The translations under genes were made by a program, and so were the position numbers. This document shows, piece after piece, positions 35,601-48,872 of a stretch of DNA of 64,000 nucleotides. Location: contig CM052847.1 of the NCBI GenBank assembly GCA_028534125.1, positions 17,918,001-17,982,000 on the forward strand. The letters run 5' to 3'. This stretch comes from Lama glama (Eukaryota). Under the pieces are notes generated by a model. That model was not told the DNA's origin, did not search any database, and saw only the letters and a program-made list of their open reading frames with translations. How positions within the stretch are numbered: the first letter of the stretch is position 1; every line of letters begins with the position of its first letter.

Positions 35601-36590
35601 TGCAGAGTACTTACCGAGTGGTGAACACGGAAAAGGTGCTTTTGAAAGGAAGTCGTCCTGCCTAAGGTGTCAGGCCCTTAGTTTCCCTCATGATTTTTCT
35701 CTGTCTCAGACATGAAATCGTTCTATTTTAGAACCTTGGCCGTTTCTCACTCACTCACTCCCCCTCTTCCTTGCTTTTTAAAGGAAGGGACCATGGAAAG
35801 AACCTTCTAGGACAATGAGCTTAATTAGGAAAAGAAACCAAGCAGTGATCTCTGCTATTTAAGATCTATCTCCTTTGATGAAAATGTGCTTCTGATACAG
35901 GAGCCCCTGGGAACCCGCGTACAGTAGATGTCATACAGGTGGAGAAACCCTTCTGAAAACGTGGGGACAGGACACTGGCCCGTGCCTGTGTTCCCTGAAT
36001 CTCTCCTTCCTTCATCCACGTTCGTAAAACAAAACCCACTTCTCCCAATCATATTCCTGGGTCAGTGGTTTCCCATGGTTCCAAAGTTCAAAGTGCATAA
36101 CTAAACATTGGAAGGAATGAAAACTAAATGAGCAAGAGGCATCTTCATTCCCCTTACCACTGCTCCCCCTTTGTTCCCTGCTCACACATGGAAACAGGCA
36201 GACACACAAAGACAAGTGCATCTTTGAGACAAGCGAACCGTGGAGCTTAATAAAGAAAAGTAAGGTCTCCTGTCTCTGAGGAGGTCCTGGGATGGTCGAA
36301 GGAAGACCCGTGAAGAGAGAAGGCAAGGCAGTGTCATAATCAGAGCACGGAAGCACATGGCTTCATCGACCACCAGAGCCCCCGAGACACCGGTGACAGT
36401 GTCTGGAACTGTCTGTTGATGGTACCATTCCGAGAAGAAGAAAGACCATCAGACCGCTTAGAAACCATGCCAGCCCCGTCCCTGGGCTCCCGGGTAGTTC
36501 AGGAAGCTAGACCCCGTGCTGACTGCGCGTCATGAGCGGAGTCGACCCGGCTGTAACCCCCTGTTCACTTTCCGCTGTGTCTGACCACAG

Positions 36591-36749
36591 GGCTGCTCTT
36601 CACCCATCGTGGTGAAGTTCGCTGATACCCAGAAGGACAAGGAGCAAAGGCGCCTCCAGCAGCAGCTGGCCCAGCAGATGCAACAGCTCAACACTGCCAC
36701 CTGGGGGAACCTGACGGGTCTGGGCGGACTCACCCCGCAGTACCTGGCG
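36591..36749 (+). CDS. CELF2: CELF2 coding exon (about exon 7), 159 nt, [53 protein letters not shown]
   Basis: ctgaccacag|GGCTGC ... CTGGCG|gtaagt; phase 0 to 0; end of RRM2 and start of the divergent domain. Confidence 0.98.
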
Positions 36750-39700
36750 GTAAGTGCCGGGGACCGCGGGCGGCCTGTGGTCCCCTGTCCCCTGAATCCA
36801 CCAAAACACGCATTTCTGGGACATGGTGAAAGCCAGGAAATTATTGGAATCAGCATTGGTGCAGAATATTTTTCCAGGTGAAAACGATGAGCATAGGGAC
36901 GTGACTAGCTTCATGCAGCCTGATGGAGGCTGAGCAGAGCCCCGCAAGGCCGAATTGCTGATCAGCGTTTCAGCATAATATCCCGCATGGGGAGGGGGCG
37001 GCACACTCCACAGGGGACTCTGTAGCCGTGGGTGGAGCACTCACTGCCTCCCAGGTCTGCGGACGTCAGGGCCTCAGATGGAAGCCCCCTGGGACTTTCC
37101 TTCTGTGGTCCTGGGTCTTCCCAGCAGAGCCATGTAGACTCCGTCACATGTTTCTGTATCGATTTGAAACCAAAAAAAAAAAAAAAACAGATTCTGTTTC
37201 ACACCGAACAGACCTAGTTCTCTCAACCAACCCTGACATTTCGTTGTTTCTAAACTTTCACTTCCTTGTTTCTGCCTCTCTGGTGCTCATTTCATTTTGT
37301 CACTCTTTATTAAAATACTTTAACTGGGCTGTGAGATAGTTCCTCCAGTAAGATCTAAACAGCACAGAGCAGTGACCTCTAGTGTGGACTGTGAGGTATC
37401 TTAGTGTAGCTTGGGAGTGGTAGAAAGCAGCTGATACTCCTCTAAGATTTTCTTTATTTTTGCTTAAACTGCTGCTCAGTCATACGCCTCTACCCCACTC
37501 ATCTGCTTTGGAACCCCAATGCTGGACTACACGTTTACGGATACAATTTCATATTGTGCACCGGGGTCTTTACCTGTAGCCTCTGTCAGTGTGTGTCCCC
37601 TAATTCTGTCCTTTGACCTGTGAATGTCCCTCTCAGGATTGTCTGAGCCATTAGCCTTCCTTTGTAGCAGACCCAGTCCCGTTCCGTCAAACAGTCCTCC
37701 CCGTGACCTTGAACGTAAGATCAGCCCGATCGCACAGGTGAGCAAAGCAAGAGACCTAAAGAGGTCCATGACGTTAGCCAGGACCATGGGGCTGGTGGCC
37801 GGGTGGGATGTCAGCCCTCCCTCTGGCTGTGCTACTTCTCTGAGTCCGATGTGACCCCCGTCCTCTTTGCACCCACCACGCCCCAGTGCCTGTCGGGGTC
37901 TGACAGGTACTAGCTACTCAAGATGTGTTTGGATGTCTTGCCGGGGAAGCTTCTCCTGGTTTCATCTGAGTCGTTAATAAAAACGTACTGACCAAGTTTG
38001 CTATCACCTTCCAGCCGTTTCTCCATTTTATCCACAAAGACCACGAGAGACTTCGTCACATGCCTCGGTAAAACCCCACCCTGTCTTTTTCTTAGTCAGT
38101 CAGTCTTGAAGTTTCATGATGGTTCTAGCTGAACCATCAGTTCTTTTTCACCAGGCTGAGCTTTTCAGTTGTTCCCAGATCGTCATCGGTCTCATTAGAA
38201 GAATTTCTGTTGGAGATGGATGTCGAGCTCACCCTTTCATAGTTTCTAGGAATCCAGCTTCCAGCTCCACCATTTCTGAAAAGCAGGACCCCTGTGTGTG
38301 TCCCTGGTCTGCTGGCCCATTTCCTAGGCCCCCCATCCCCTTCCCAACTTACAGGAATCTCTGGTCTGTGTTTCTTTGATCACATCTGAAAATTATTCCT
38401 GAACCCTGAAGAGGAATTCATCTCCGCCCATTTAGAAAAGCACGTGCTTACAAGCGCTATAACTATGTTTTCTCCCACCGTGGGCGTCCGCTCTTTCTCA
38501 GCCAGGTGTGTGCTGCCCCTTTTGGCTGGAAGCGCATGTCTGTGGAAGGACCCTAGGCCTGTGAGGCATCTCCTGCCTCTGTGCTGGGGACAGATTCTGA
38601 CTCTGGCTCCCCAGAGAGTGGGCGTCAGTAGGCAGACTCCTTGGAGGCAGTTAATGACACTCCAGGTAGGGCCACTTATCTCAGTAGGTGTCACTAACCC
38701 CTCACAGTGTCTCCAGAGCTAACTGAAGTTTGCTTAACTCATTTTTTTCAGTGTCTGATAGAGAGAGGTAGGGCTTGCCGCCACAGGGAATGAGGAACCC
38801 AGGAAATCAAGCCAAGAGGAGGGATTTCTATCAAAATGGATTGTCCCTTGCTCCTTCCTCCTCCTCACTGCATAGTCTGTCTGTGTGTCGTGTCTAGCTA
38901 GTGTGTTACTCCGAGTCGAGAAGGATGAGAGAAGGTTGCAGACGTATTTCTGGTAACTGTTAACGTTCATCCCCATAATATCATTGTAACTAAGACTTGT
39001 TCTACTCTGCTCAGTGCTTCTAAGTCAACTGATAGATGCCCATGGCTGAGTCATACCCTGTTATAGGGTTTCCATATTCTGAAGCCAAGGAGACCTACAC
39101 ATACCTGGAGGAATGACAGTGCTCTCTGTTACATTTTGCAGAGCTCCGAATAAACCCTGAGAGCTTATCTTTTAAATAGTCAATTCATCTGGTTCCTCCC
39201 AAGCTCATAAAATCATAGCAGGTTTCAGTAATAAATTTGGCAAGTCTATGCTTTGAGGGCATTCACATACAGGAGGTAGCTCCACACTTGCTCCCACGTA
39301 CAAACTACGGCTGTGTTGATCAGCCTTAGCGAAAAGAGAATTCAACTGAATTGGACAAATAAAGGAGCCCTTTCGAACAGGAACCACCTGCCTTTTCCTT
39401 GTGGTACCCACTGATGCTACGTGGGGGATAATGTATTTTTCGAAGCTCTGGAACAAAATGCAGACCCCTTTGCCCAGCTATCTTAATTTCATTTTAGGAG
39501 ATGCTGATGTATTTATAATGCATCGCATCAAGGTATATAGCACCAGAGACTCCTAAGTTCTGACAAATAGTGTGTTTCTCTCTGCCAGCGAAGACCACCT
39601 TAAAATGGGTGACCGTTGTCTTGGTCCTGTAGAACAGCTGAAACTGGACAGCCATGAAGAGATACATTTATATGTGTCGTTACTGCGATGATTTCTCTGT

Positions 39701-40144
39701 GAGCCCAGGAGTCAGTGATTCTAGGTGTTTCTAGTGAAGGATGTGGGAAACTGAGCTGGGAGTGAGAGTGGAGGAGACCCAGGGATGGACCTTGATTGGC
39801 GGAGATGAGAGGGTAACCGTGAGGCTCCAGAGAGAGAGAGCATTAGTCACGCCATGTTGCCTTCCATAGATTTAACACCTGGTTGTTAAAAAGTGTAAGT
39901 TGATTAATTGTTTTAAGGCAGCAGTGTTACTGAGTTTCCCCGGTGTCTGTGTGTCTTAATGGAGATTAGACATGAATACGGATTTACAGCCCCAGCTCTG
40001 GGAACCTTCAGTCCTTTGAGAGGCAGCAGCAGGAGCCAACCACATAAATGTGAAGGACAGCGGGTGGTCCCCCGGCGGACCTGGGAATTTTGCTTGGTCC
40101 TCACCCTGGCTGCATTTTGACAAGACCTCTCTTGTCCTTCCCAG

Positions 40145-40208
40145 CTCCTGCAGCAGGCCACCTCCTCCAGCAACCTGGGTGCGTTCAGCGGCATTCAGCA
40201 GATGGCTG
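40145..40208 (+). CDS. CELF2: CELF2 coding exon (about exon 8), 64 nt, LLQQATSSSNLGAFSGIQQMA(G)
   Basis: cttgtccttcccag|CTCCTG ... GCTG|gtaagt; phase 0 to 1. Confidence 0.97.
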
Positions 40209-40418
40209 GTAAGTCTGGAAGGATGCCTTGCCTTCTGACCAAGCTCTTGTCTGAATCTGGTTGGGGGGTGGTGCAGGGTTCAGAGGACAGAGAGAAGCAG
40301 CGGGGGAAGAGAAGACCAGAGGGCGACGACCAGTCCTGTTTGCTTTCTGGCCGAGGTGCGAAAATCAGAGTCAGCTACTTAGAAGCTGATTTTCCCCCTC
40401 TGGCATCTCCAACAGTTA

Positions 40419-40921
40419 TGTTACCCCCCCCTCCCCGAAGGAAAATACCCCAGTCCTCGTCTTACCCAAAAGATAAGATCACAGACAGGAGACGGAGAGC
40501 CTTACGTAGCAAAAGGTTTTAAAGGATTTATTTAGGAAAAGGGCACCTCCGAGAACGGGAGGCGGGCTGATCCCAGGGGGATTCTCAGCGGTCTCTGTCG
40601 GTGGGAGGCCCTTGCCCCTGGAATGCTTAGTCACGTTTGGTCCCTTTGCGCATGTCCTTACCCATGGTGTACGCAGAGAAAACCATGGAGTAGGGGGCTA
40701 AATCAGAATATTAATTATATTACAATGAGCACCGGGTCCTGTCTGGCCAAGTCTTTCTCGCTGCCAGCAGTTGCGACTGTCAGGTTTTAACTGGTTTTTT
40801 GCTGACACTCATTTGGAAGGAGTAAAGTCCCTTTATGCTGGAGGCGAGCATAAAGCCGTCTTCTGGACCACCCACCCTTTCCTTCACCTGTCTGCCCGGT
40901 GCCCCCACTTATTACCCAGCA
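40419..40921 (-). mobile_element. ERV1-type solo LTR, 503 bp
   Basis: TG...CA ends; 4-bp TSD GTTA at 40415-40418 and 40922-40925; minus-strand AATAAA (TTTATT 40527-40532). Confidence 0.75.
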
Positions 40922-43900
40922 GTTATAAAATGATAAAATCAGGGAGCTGAGGGTTCCTGCCGAGTGCACTCCAGAGTTGTTTTTTTGTTTTTGAAAAGAT
41001 GGCTCTAGACTGGGGAAATTACCAACAGGATTCCTCTATCCGGAGCAGTCACCATGATTGACATCCTTCTAAAGTTTTAATAACGGGCAGTCAATAAAAA
41101 ATGTTCTGACCTCCATAATGAAAGGCAAGCTGGCCGGCCTATCTTTGGCACAGTTTGCCGTCCCTTGATACCCGCAGACAATTAACAGGATGCCTTTTTC
41201 CACTTGTGAACCCCCAGTCGACGGGATGGGGGCATCGGAAGTTTTATGTGAAAGTATAGTCTTTGTTCTCGAGAAAATCAAAGTGTGACTGGATTTGAAA
41301 GCCAGCTCATGAAGACTTCCTTCTCATTATGAGCTGCGTCAGGAGTAACGGAGGTGTGGTGATTAGCGAAAGGTCACTCCTACTGGGTCATCTTCTGGGC
41401 TGATGTCCCAGCTCACTGCCGGGCCAGGGAAGGTGTCCTGCACGATGCATCAGGACACGGGGGCCGCTCACCTGCCTCGAGGAGCAGTGAGAAAGCTGCT
41501 TCCTTGTTTGATCCAAAAAAAATAGGGGTGAGCGGGCAAGGAGGGGAACAGATTTTTGGCATATTCGAATCGAGCCGTTTGTTTTCATCAAGGACACCCC
41601 GAGGCCATGGCGTGAACCTGGGATCCACACACAGAAGGGATCCACAGCACAGAAGCCTGATGTCTTTATCTGTCACCATGAAAACTCCTTTTTTCTCATC
41701 TTTTTTCCCAAATACACATCCTGGATTTTTTTCTGTCCTAAGAGGATCTGAAATGACTTCCGATCAGCATACATAGGTTTCCCCTCCTGTGTGTTGTGTG
41801 GTTGTCAGCCCAGCTTTATCTGGTGGCCTCCAGGGCTCGTGGTGACTGGTCTGACGGGACATACTGGTGAAAACACTGCTGAACTGCTCTCTGAGCTTTC
41901 AGTTTGCCAGCACCGCCAGCTTGTTCTGTTGTATTAAAGCTTTTGGATTATTAGAAAAAATATGTATGTTAAAATAATAGGTAGTTACATCATTCAGCAG
42001 AATCTTTATGAGTACAGTTGGGGAAGTTGGCCTTGGCACTAAAAATCACATGGAACGCTTCATTTACCTTTAGTTCTGTGAAGGGAATTGGAGAGACAGA
42101 AGTGAACTCTCTGGGGGAGTTCTCTTTAAAAAGAGCAAACCTCCAGATTGAAAGCTCTGAAATAAATCTAAAATGTGTCGCGTTTTCTACCAATATGAGA
42201 TTTTTCTTCTAATAGAATGCCCCACCCCCATGCGCCCCAGATCCAGAATTAGTCTTTCCTTAGAGGAAGCCTCAGGCTCTCCCGTTCCCACAGCTGAATT
42301 ATGCAGAGATGGCCACTTGGTCCTGAGGCAGCTGGTAAGCATGTCTTCATGTCTTCCCGGGTGGACGGAGCACCTTGTCACCCCTCATTAGTCTGTGTGT
42401 GCCTGTGCCTGGCCGGCTGTGGGTCAGGATCTGAGCATCTGCGGGCTCTGCGTGCTCATGAAAAGACGAAGGTGCGTGGAGCAGGTGGCCAATTTAAAGG
42501 CAGTCTGGAATGTTCTGGGATTTCCAAAATACCCCTTTCCTGACCCGTGGCATATTAAAGTCAGCACACTAAGTCTGCCCAGGCCGTGCAGTCAAATGCC
42601 AAGGGGTCATTTCTCTACAGTCACCTCGAGTACAGAGAGCAGAGATGGATATAGATGTCAGTGCTCGGTCTGCTTGGCCATTTCTACAGCGAGCGCCCTT
42701 CATTCATAGGAAAAATGAAGCCTCATCTTCCTAAGTGTCAAAAGTAATGTGATTTGGGTTTTTTAGGGGTTTTTTCCCCCAACAAAGTTGTTTGGCCCCC
42801 TGCTCTTTCATCTTCTCCCAAAAGTATGGTTAACTTTTGTCACTGCCAGTCACCGAAGCCCGTGTTGTAACCTGAACACTGATGGATTAGTGCTAGAGGT
42901 CACTTCTTGGAGGAAGTTTCTGGAACCAAGTCACCAAAATGGGGGAGGGGAGCCCCTCTTGCACATTCTCATAAAAACTCTCCCTTCCTTCCCTTCCTCC
43001 GTCACCTCTGAATACTCCTGAATCATCCGTGCTCCAAGAGGGCATGGCCTGGGTGGATGACCTCAGTCTTTACTCCTCTAAGAGGCACTGGTGGCTGTTT
43101 TCAGATGGATGAGTGAGTAAATTTACAAATCAGCAGGTGCCCATTTATGTTTCGGACACACTCCCAATGGAGCTTAAGTTAAATGCCTGGTTTTTGAATT
43201 AAGACATTTGACTGTAGCCAAGCACCATAAACTAATGTCAGTATCTTCATGAATGAGTTGTCAAAGATAGGAAATGAGAGAGTTGGCTCAACATCAGACA
43301 TGGTGCACAGCACATGGTACACACCCTGTGGGCGGCAAGTGACAAGCGGGAACCCAAGAGGTCCTTAGTTTATCCGAAACCCCATCTGGGCCCACACTGC
43401 TGGTTAAGTGATGGAGATTGGAGCAGAATGAGAGTGGGCGTCAACACAATTCACTTGTGGTTTTTACGTCCTCCGGTGCCGTGTGAAAAACTCCACGTGG
43501 AAAATTCAAGTCCTGCAGCTGAGCACACCATCGCCAAAGAGAGTGAAGTATCATTTCGGAAAACAGTCGTATTTTGTTGTGAACAGCTCTCAAAAGAGAA
43601 TGGTCCGTCCTTCAGGAAACTGAGGTTTCTCACCAGAGTCTAAAATGTCTCATTTGAATGAGTAAACATTTTCTATTTGAGAAGAAGATAAAAGCAAGCT
43701 GGGAAAAAAGAAAACAGGAAAAAAATTTAGGCAACAAGTTCCTAAGTAGTTAGTTACATCAGTAAAGTGACACATCAGCTCCACTTTTTTCAAAAAAAAA
43801 AATTAGTATTTTCCTTTCAAACTAAAAAATAACTTCAGATGTGTTTCATGATTTGATAAAAGGGAAAGGAAGTCAGAAAGCAGAGAACTAGATGAGGAAG

Positions 43901-44409
43901 GACCGCATCTTTATAAGCTGACTTTTATGTACACTTTTTGTGCATCCTTGAAGTTGATTGATTTTTCTTTTCCCTCTTAAAACTTCTGATAAAAACGTAT
44001 CCATTTCTCACTCAGCTGTGGTATTTGTGCTGTGAGTTTCTGAAATCTCCCAAATGTGGGGTCTGAGCTCAGAGCAAGAGTCTGGGATTTTCCCTGAAGA
44101 AGGAATAAGGAAAAAGTGGCTTTTTGGTCCTGGGTGTCTTTGTAATAACAATCATCTCAAAAAAAATCATGTTAGAAAAACAAGGGTAGCACTTCACAAT
44201 TTTGTTTTTCACAGAGCTCCTTGAAATAATCACGTGGTTTACCCTCACAGCAGGCCAAGGACTAAACCACCACCTGGTACTACCTAACAGTCGGAAAAAC
44301 TGAAGTACAAAAACGTTGAATAGGTTATTGAGGCCAAAGACCAGTAAGTGGCATTTTGTGGATGAGACTACAACATTCCCAAATATCATGATGACTATAT
44401 AAGGTAGGG

Positions 44410-44545
44410 ACCCTTAGCATCCCATTTTACAGGTAGGACAACTGAGGCTGAGAGAGGTTAATAAACAAACTTGCCCAAAGTCACTCAGCTGGTAAACGGC
44501 AGGCCCAAACTTCAAATTGGCCTGACCCAAACGCTGAGCCTCCTT
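44410..44545. mobile_element. MIR SINE fragment
   Basis: catcccattttacaggtaggacaactgaggctgagagaggttaa...acttgcccaaagtcactcagctggtaa. Confidence 0.8.
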
Positions 44546-47103
44546 CTTGCCCCCAAGCTTGTCAGACGATGTTCCCCATCTCCTCAAATTCAGGTTTGTT
44601 TGTGTGAAAACAAGCTAGAGTGACTTGGCTGCACAGAGCATTCAACAGGCCAATAAGAAACAAATCTGAGCTATAAACAACACAGGGAGCCCCAGAGCTG
44701 CTCAGAAAGAAACAGTTCAGCGTCAATCACAGGAAATTCACCTCCTTTGATTCTGGACAGCATTTCAAATTCGTTAAGAGGGGGTTGTTTTTGGTTCGGG
44801 GAATTATTTTTCTAGGAAAGGGATTGTTTGTAAGAAAGTACTGAGCTGTGGTCGAAGAAGAGGGTCTTTTGATAAACAAGGGAGAACTGCTTCACTTCAC
44901 TGCTGATAGTCATTAAAGAGGGTAGTCATTCGCCTCTGAAATATCTGGTCTAAGTGGTCAAAGTCGCAGTGAAGTTGTCGTGTGCAAATATTTGCTTAAA
45001 ACAATCCAATAGCAATTGCTTTACCCACTGGAGATCTGCTCCCAGAGAAGATGGTCTCAGAGTGCCTGTGACAAGCGGAGAAGAGGGAAGACTTTTGCAA
45101 AAATTGTGGACTGGAGGCTGAGAACCTCACATCGGGGACACACTTGTGAGGTGTGCATCCTGGACCCACAAAGACCCCAAGATCTTCCCAAAGCCAAGTC
45201 TCCCGCCCTCCACACTCCACACTCGACACTTCCTGAAAGTGTTAATAGGCCTTATGAGAATGTTCCATAACCACCCATCTGTCACTTTTTAACAGACCTG
45301 ATTGGCAAGCACTTGTAACAACTGACATCTGTTCTCGCTTATTGATATGCAGATTTATGGTAATTGCTCCGAACAATAAGACACAGAATTACCTAAGGTG
45401 AACATTAAATTAAATTTTCATGCCCTTCTCCTTATAAATAATTTTTTTAAATCTTAAGTTTCAAGTAGGCATAGTGCTCATCTGTCTGGTACATAATTTC
45501 TTAGTTTGGAGAAGGGTTTTTCTTTTCCCTGGAAATGACTGAAAAGTTGAACTCCTATCTGCCCAACTTTTTTTTTTTTTGGCCATCATGATCTTGACAC
45601 AGTGTCGGAGTTCCTAAAGCTTATTTAAATGTTTTGCATTTCTAGTCACCCAGATGATTGCCCCTGGTTTAAGGGGGCCCATCCCACCCAGCAGAGTGCT
45701 TTGTGAGGTTAAGTGGGGCTGGTTTTCCTTCTCAGAGAAGAGCTGTTTGCCAAGCAGGAACCAGCACCCCCCCAACCCCCGGGCGATGCTGCCTGCTCCC
45801 CATCTGGTGCCATTTCAGTATCGTGGTGTGGCAGCAGCCACGAGGAGACGATGGGGCCAGGTGGGCGGGAAACCCGAGGTGCTGTGAGAGGTGCTAAGAA
45901 GGAGATGGGGGGGTGCTCACACACACCCCGAAAAGCACAAGAGGTTGAGAGAGAACCAGAAGTGTGAATTCAGAGCAAGCGGAAGCAGACACCCCTGCTC
46001 AGGTGGCCCATGGGGCCCAGGGCTGGCCAGGCCCTGGAGGGGAGCAGTGCAGAGTCAGGGTGGAGGGCCCCGTCCCAGCCAGGGGCGGAGCCGGCCACAG
46101 CTGCAGATCTGGAGAGACAGTGATGCCAGATACTCGGAAAGTCTGGCCCCGTTAAGGAGGTAGAGGATGAAACTCGGGGTGAGTCCACATGGCTTCCCGA
46201 GTGCTTTCCCAGAAACAGTGTGGCCCCCAAGCCCCCAAGCCCCCTTCCCAAAGAGGAGGGGAGGTGTCCACACCAAGGGTGAGGCCCTCTGGCTGTGGGG
46301 ACGTCAGGGGCAGGAAGAGCCAGAACATCCATCGCCGGGGACGTGCGCTGCTGTCAAGGAGGAGTCCAGGGAGCCCGCCCTACCGGAGCATCCCGAGCTT
46401 TCCACGCACCGCAGGCACATCCCTGTGATGTGCCGGGCGTGGCAGCAGGACTTGGAAGGCCGGGGGTGTCCTCGCTGGGAGGGACGGGCTAGAGAAGGGG
46501 CCTTGGGCTTCTGCCTGGCTGGACAGAAGGACACGCTGCAGGGAACAGGTGCCTCTGTTGCCCCATGGCCCACATCCAGGCTGCAGAGGGAACCACGGGA
46601 GAGCAAGGGGGAAAGCCTGGCACATCTCCACATGCCTGCCGCCTCCAGCTTCCTAGGCCCGGCCTCGGCACGGGCGCCCCCTCCCCTGGTTTCAGCCATC
46701 AGCTCCGGGGTTCTTGGAGAACCTCTGGCTAGTTTTGTTTCCTTTTGTTGGCTTGATTATATGTACCTGCTTGTTCTGAGTGGGACACGCAGGGAGAGGA
46801 CAGTGGAACCGAGCACCCGAGTGTGGTCAGCTGGGCTCTGGGACAGCGGTGAGTGTCAGTGCGGGTGAGACAAGGAAAACACACTGTTCTGATAAATATT
46901 TGTAGGATGGATTAGTTAATGATTGAGGGAAACAGTCCATATTTGAAGCTGCTGTAAATATCAAAGAACCGAGAAAGAACAGAGGAAACCCTTGTTTGGG
47001 TCTGTAGAGAAGGCTCTGGAGCAGTTTGGGACCGTTTCCTGCTGTTGGGTGCCCTGTTCCCTCATCGCCGTGGGTCCGTCTGTCACCCACTGTGAATGCA
47101 GCC

Positions 47104-47137
47104 GTGCGTGTGTGCATGTGCGTGCGTGTGCGTGTGT
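47104..47137. repeat. Alternating purine-pyrimidine (TG/CG) tract
   Basis: gtgcgtgtgtgcatgtgcgtgcgtgtgcgtgtgt. Confidence 0.9.
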
Positions 47138-48254
47138 AACTGTAGGTGGACTTGAATGTGAGTAAGGCAATCTCCTTGTCCTCCAGGGGCTTTGTGTCTA
47201 ATTAGGAAGGTGAGCAGTACGAGCCCGCAGTGTCCCAGCAGGGTGTGGTGAGGGCAGCGGGAGTTGACAGACAGCACGCAGAAAATGCAGAAACTCACCC
47301 CGAGTTTCATCCTCCGTCTCCTTAACGAACTATCAGTCACTTCGGGGGGAGGCTGAGAGCAGGGCTGGAGCGCCGCCCCAGCCTCGGGGGGTCCAAGGCC
47401 ATCAGCTTTGAGTCCCTGTCTCAGAGGAGCAGGCTGAGCTCCTTCCTGCTCCGTGCCCCCCCCCCAGGTGGGTCAGAGCCAGTGTCCTGGGGAGCCCTCC
47501 GACCCAGGCGAAGGAGGGTGGCTCTGCTAGTCGTTAACCATTGCCAGATGTGCAGGCTGTAATATTGTGCTACACCCTCCCCTCACCTGCGCGGCCATCT
47601 GTCAGTGATGTAGTTGGTCGCCTGCATTACATCATTTACACGTTAGGGGCGCGGGAGCCAGACGGGTCCATGCAGATGCCCATCACCCCCTGCAGCACCC
47701 CTCAAAGCCCGGCCCCTCGTCCCACTGAGCTGCTCGCAGGAGCCAAGCCCCAAGCAGGGTCCAGGTTCCATTGTCCTCGAGCAAACCTGAAAGGGAGGAC
47801 CTGAGATTTCTCTCCTCACGCGGTCTCATCAGTACCACCCTGTCTGACGCTTGATCCGAGGAGAGAGAGCTTTGTTCCCCGGTGCACGTGCTTGATAGAG
47901 CCGGGCCCCATGCAGAGGATGCCACCAATATTCCGTCCTGCTTCTGAGCATCCTCAGAAATACATGGGTTTGAGAAACAGGTGCTGGCTTGGCCCTAAGC
48001 CACCAGGGCTGGGTGTCTCCTGGAGCAAAAGGAGAACCCATGTGGCAGCTCTTTTCTGAGTAGAAATAAGTCCTGACCAAGGTGGCCAGGACAGAGGAGC
48101 AGCGTCAGCGAGCCTGGCAGCCGAGCTCTAAGCCACCCTGAGGCTGAGGCTGCACACAGTGGCAGGGGCTTTACAGACATGTTGCTAGACTATTCTCTTG
48201 CCCCTCCATGTACCCCCCTCCCAACACATGGAAGCTGTGGTCAGACATGACAAC

Positions 48255-48395
48255 CATGTGCGGGAAGGTGCAGTTAACTCTTCCCACTCACTAAGCAAGA
48301 ATGGCGAGGTTAAGAAACTTGCCCGGGGTCACACAGCTGGTGGAGCCAGGACGCCGTATCCGTTCAACTTCAGAGCAAGAACTGCAACCAGTAAA
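48255..48395. mobile_element. MIR SINE fragment
   Basis: gaggttaagaaacttgcccggggtcacacagctggtggagccagga. Confidence 0.6.
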
Positions 48396-48737
48396 GCATC
48401 ATTTTTTCCCTAATACCTTGTCCGTGCCCCCGCCGAGATCAGGGATGGAAACTGCCCTGAAGCCGCTCCTCCAGCCTCCCAGCCTGGATTTCCTTGTTTC
48501 TTACAGCCACGTGGCAGAAAGCCCTGGCTTAACTTTTCCAATGATCTCAGCAATGAGAGAGACGGTTGGGAGGAGGGTCCTGTGTGGGGATGGGCAGCAT
48601 GGTGACCCACCAGTCCCTGGGGTCAGCTCGGGCCAGGGTGCCATCATGAAGCCCTCTGCTCTTGCCACCTGCCCTCTCTTTTTGAAAACCCACAAGGTGG
48701 GCGTGTTGCTGAAATTTAATGTGTCTTCCCCCTACAG

Positions 48738-48872
48738 GCATGAATGCTCTGCAGCTACAGAATCTGGCAACGCTGGCAGCGGCTGCAGCCGCAGCCCAGA
48801 CCTCAGCCACCACCACCAATGCAAATCCCCTGTCCACCACGAGCAGCGCCCTGGGAGCCCTCACCAGTCCCG
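48738..48872 (+). CDS. CELF2: CELF2 coding exon (about exon 9), 135 nt, (G)MNALQLQNLATLAAAAAAAQTSATTTNANPLSTTSSALGALTSP
   Basis: cttccccctacag|GCATG ... CCCG|gtaagg; phase 1 to 1; within ORF 48719..48946. Confidence 0.98.

Noticed and set aside
46167-46868. 233-aa plus-strand ORF
   Set aside because: GC-rich intron with low-information Pro/Gly/Arg-rich peptide and no CELF2 similarity
36591-48872. Assignment to CELF1 or to a processed pseudogene
   Set aside because: Linker and divergent-domain residues ([43 protein letters not shown]) fit CELF2, and the exons are separated by long canonical introns
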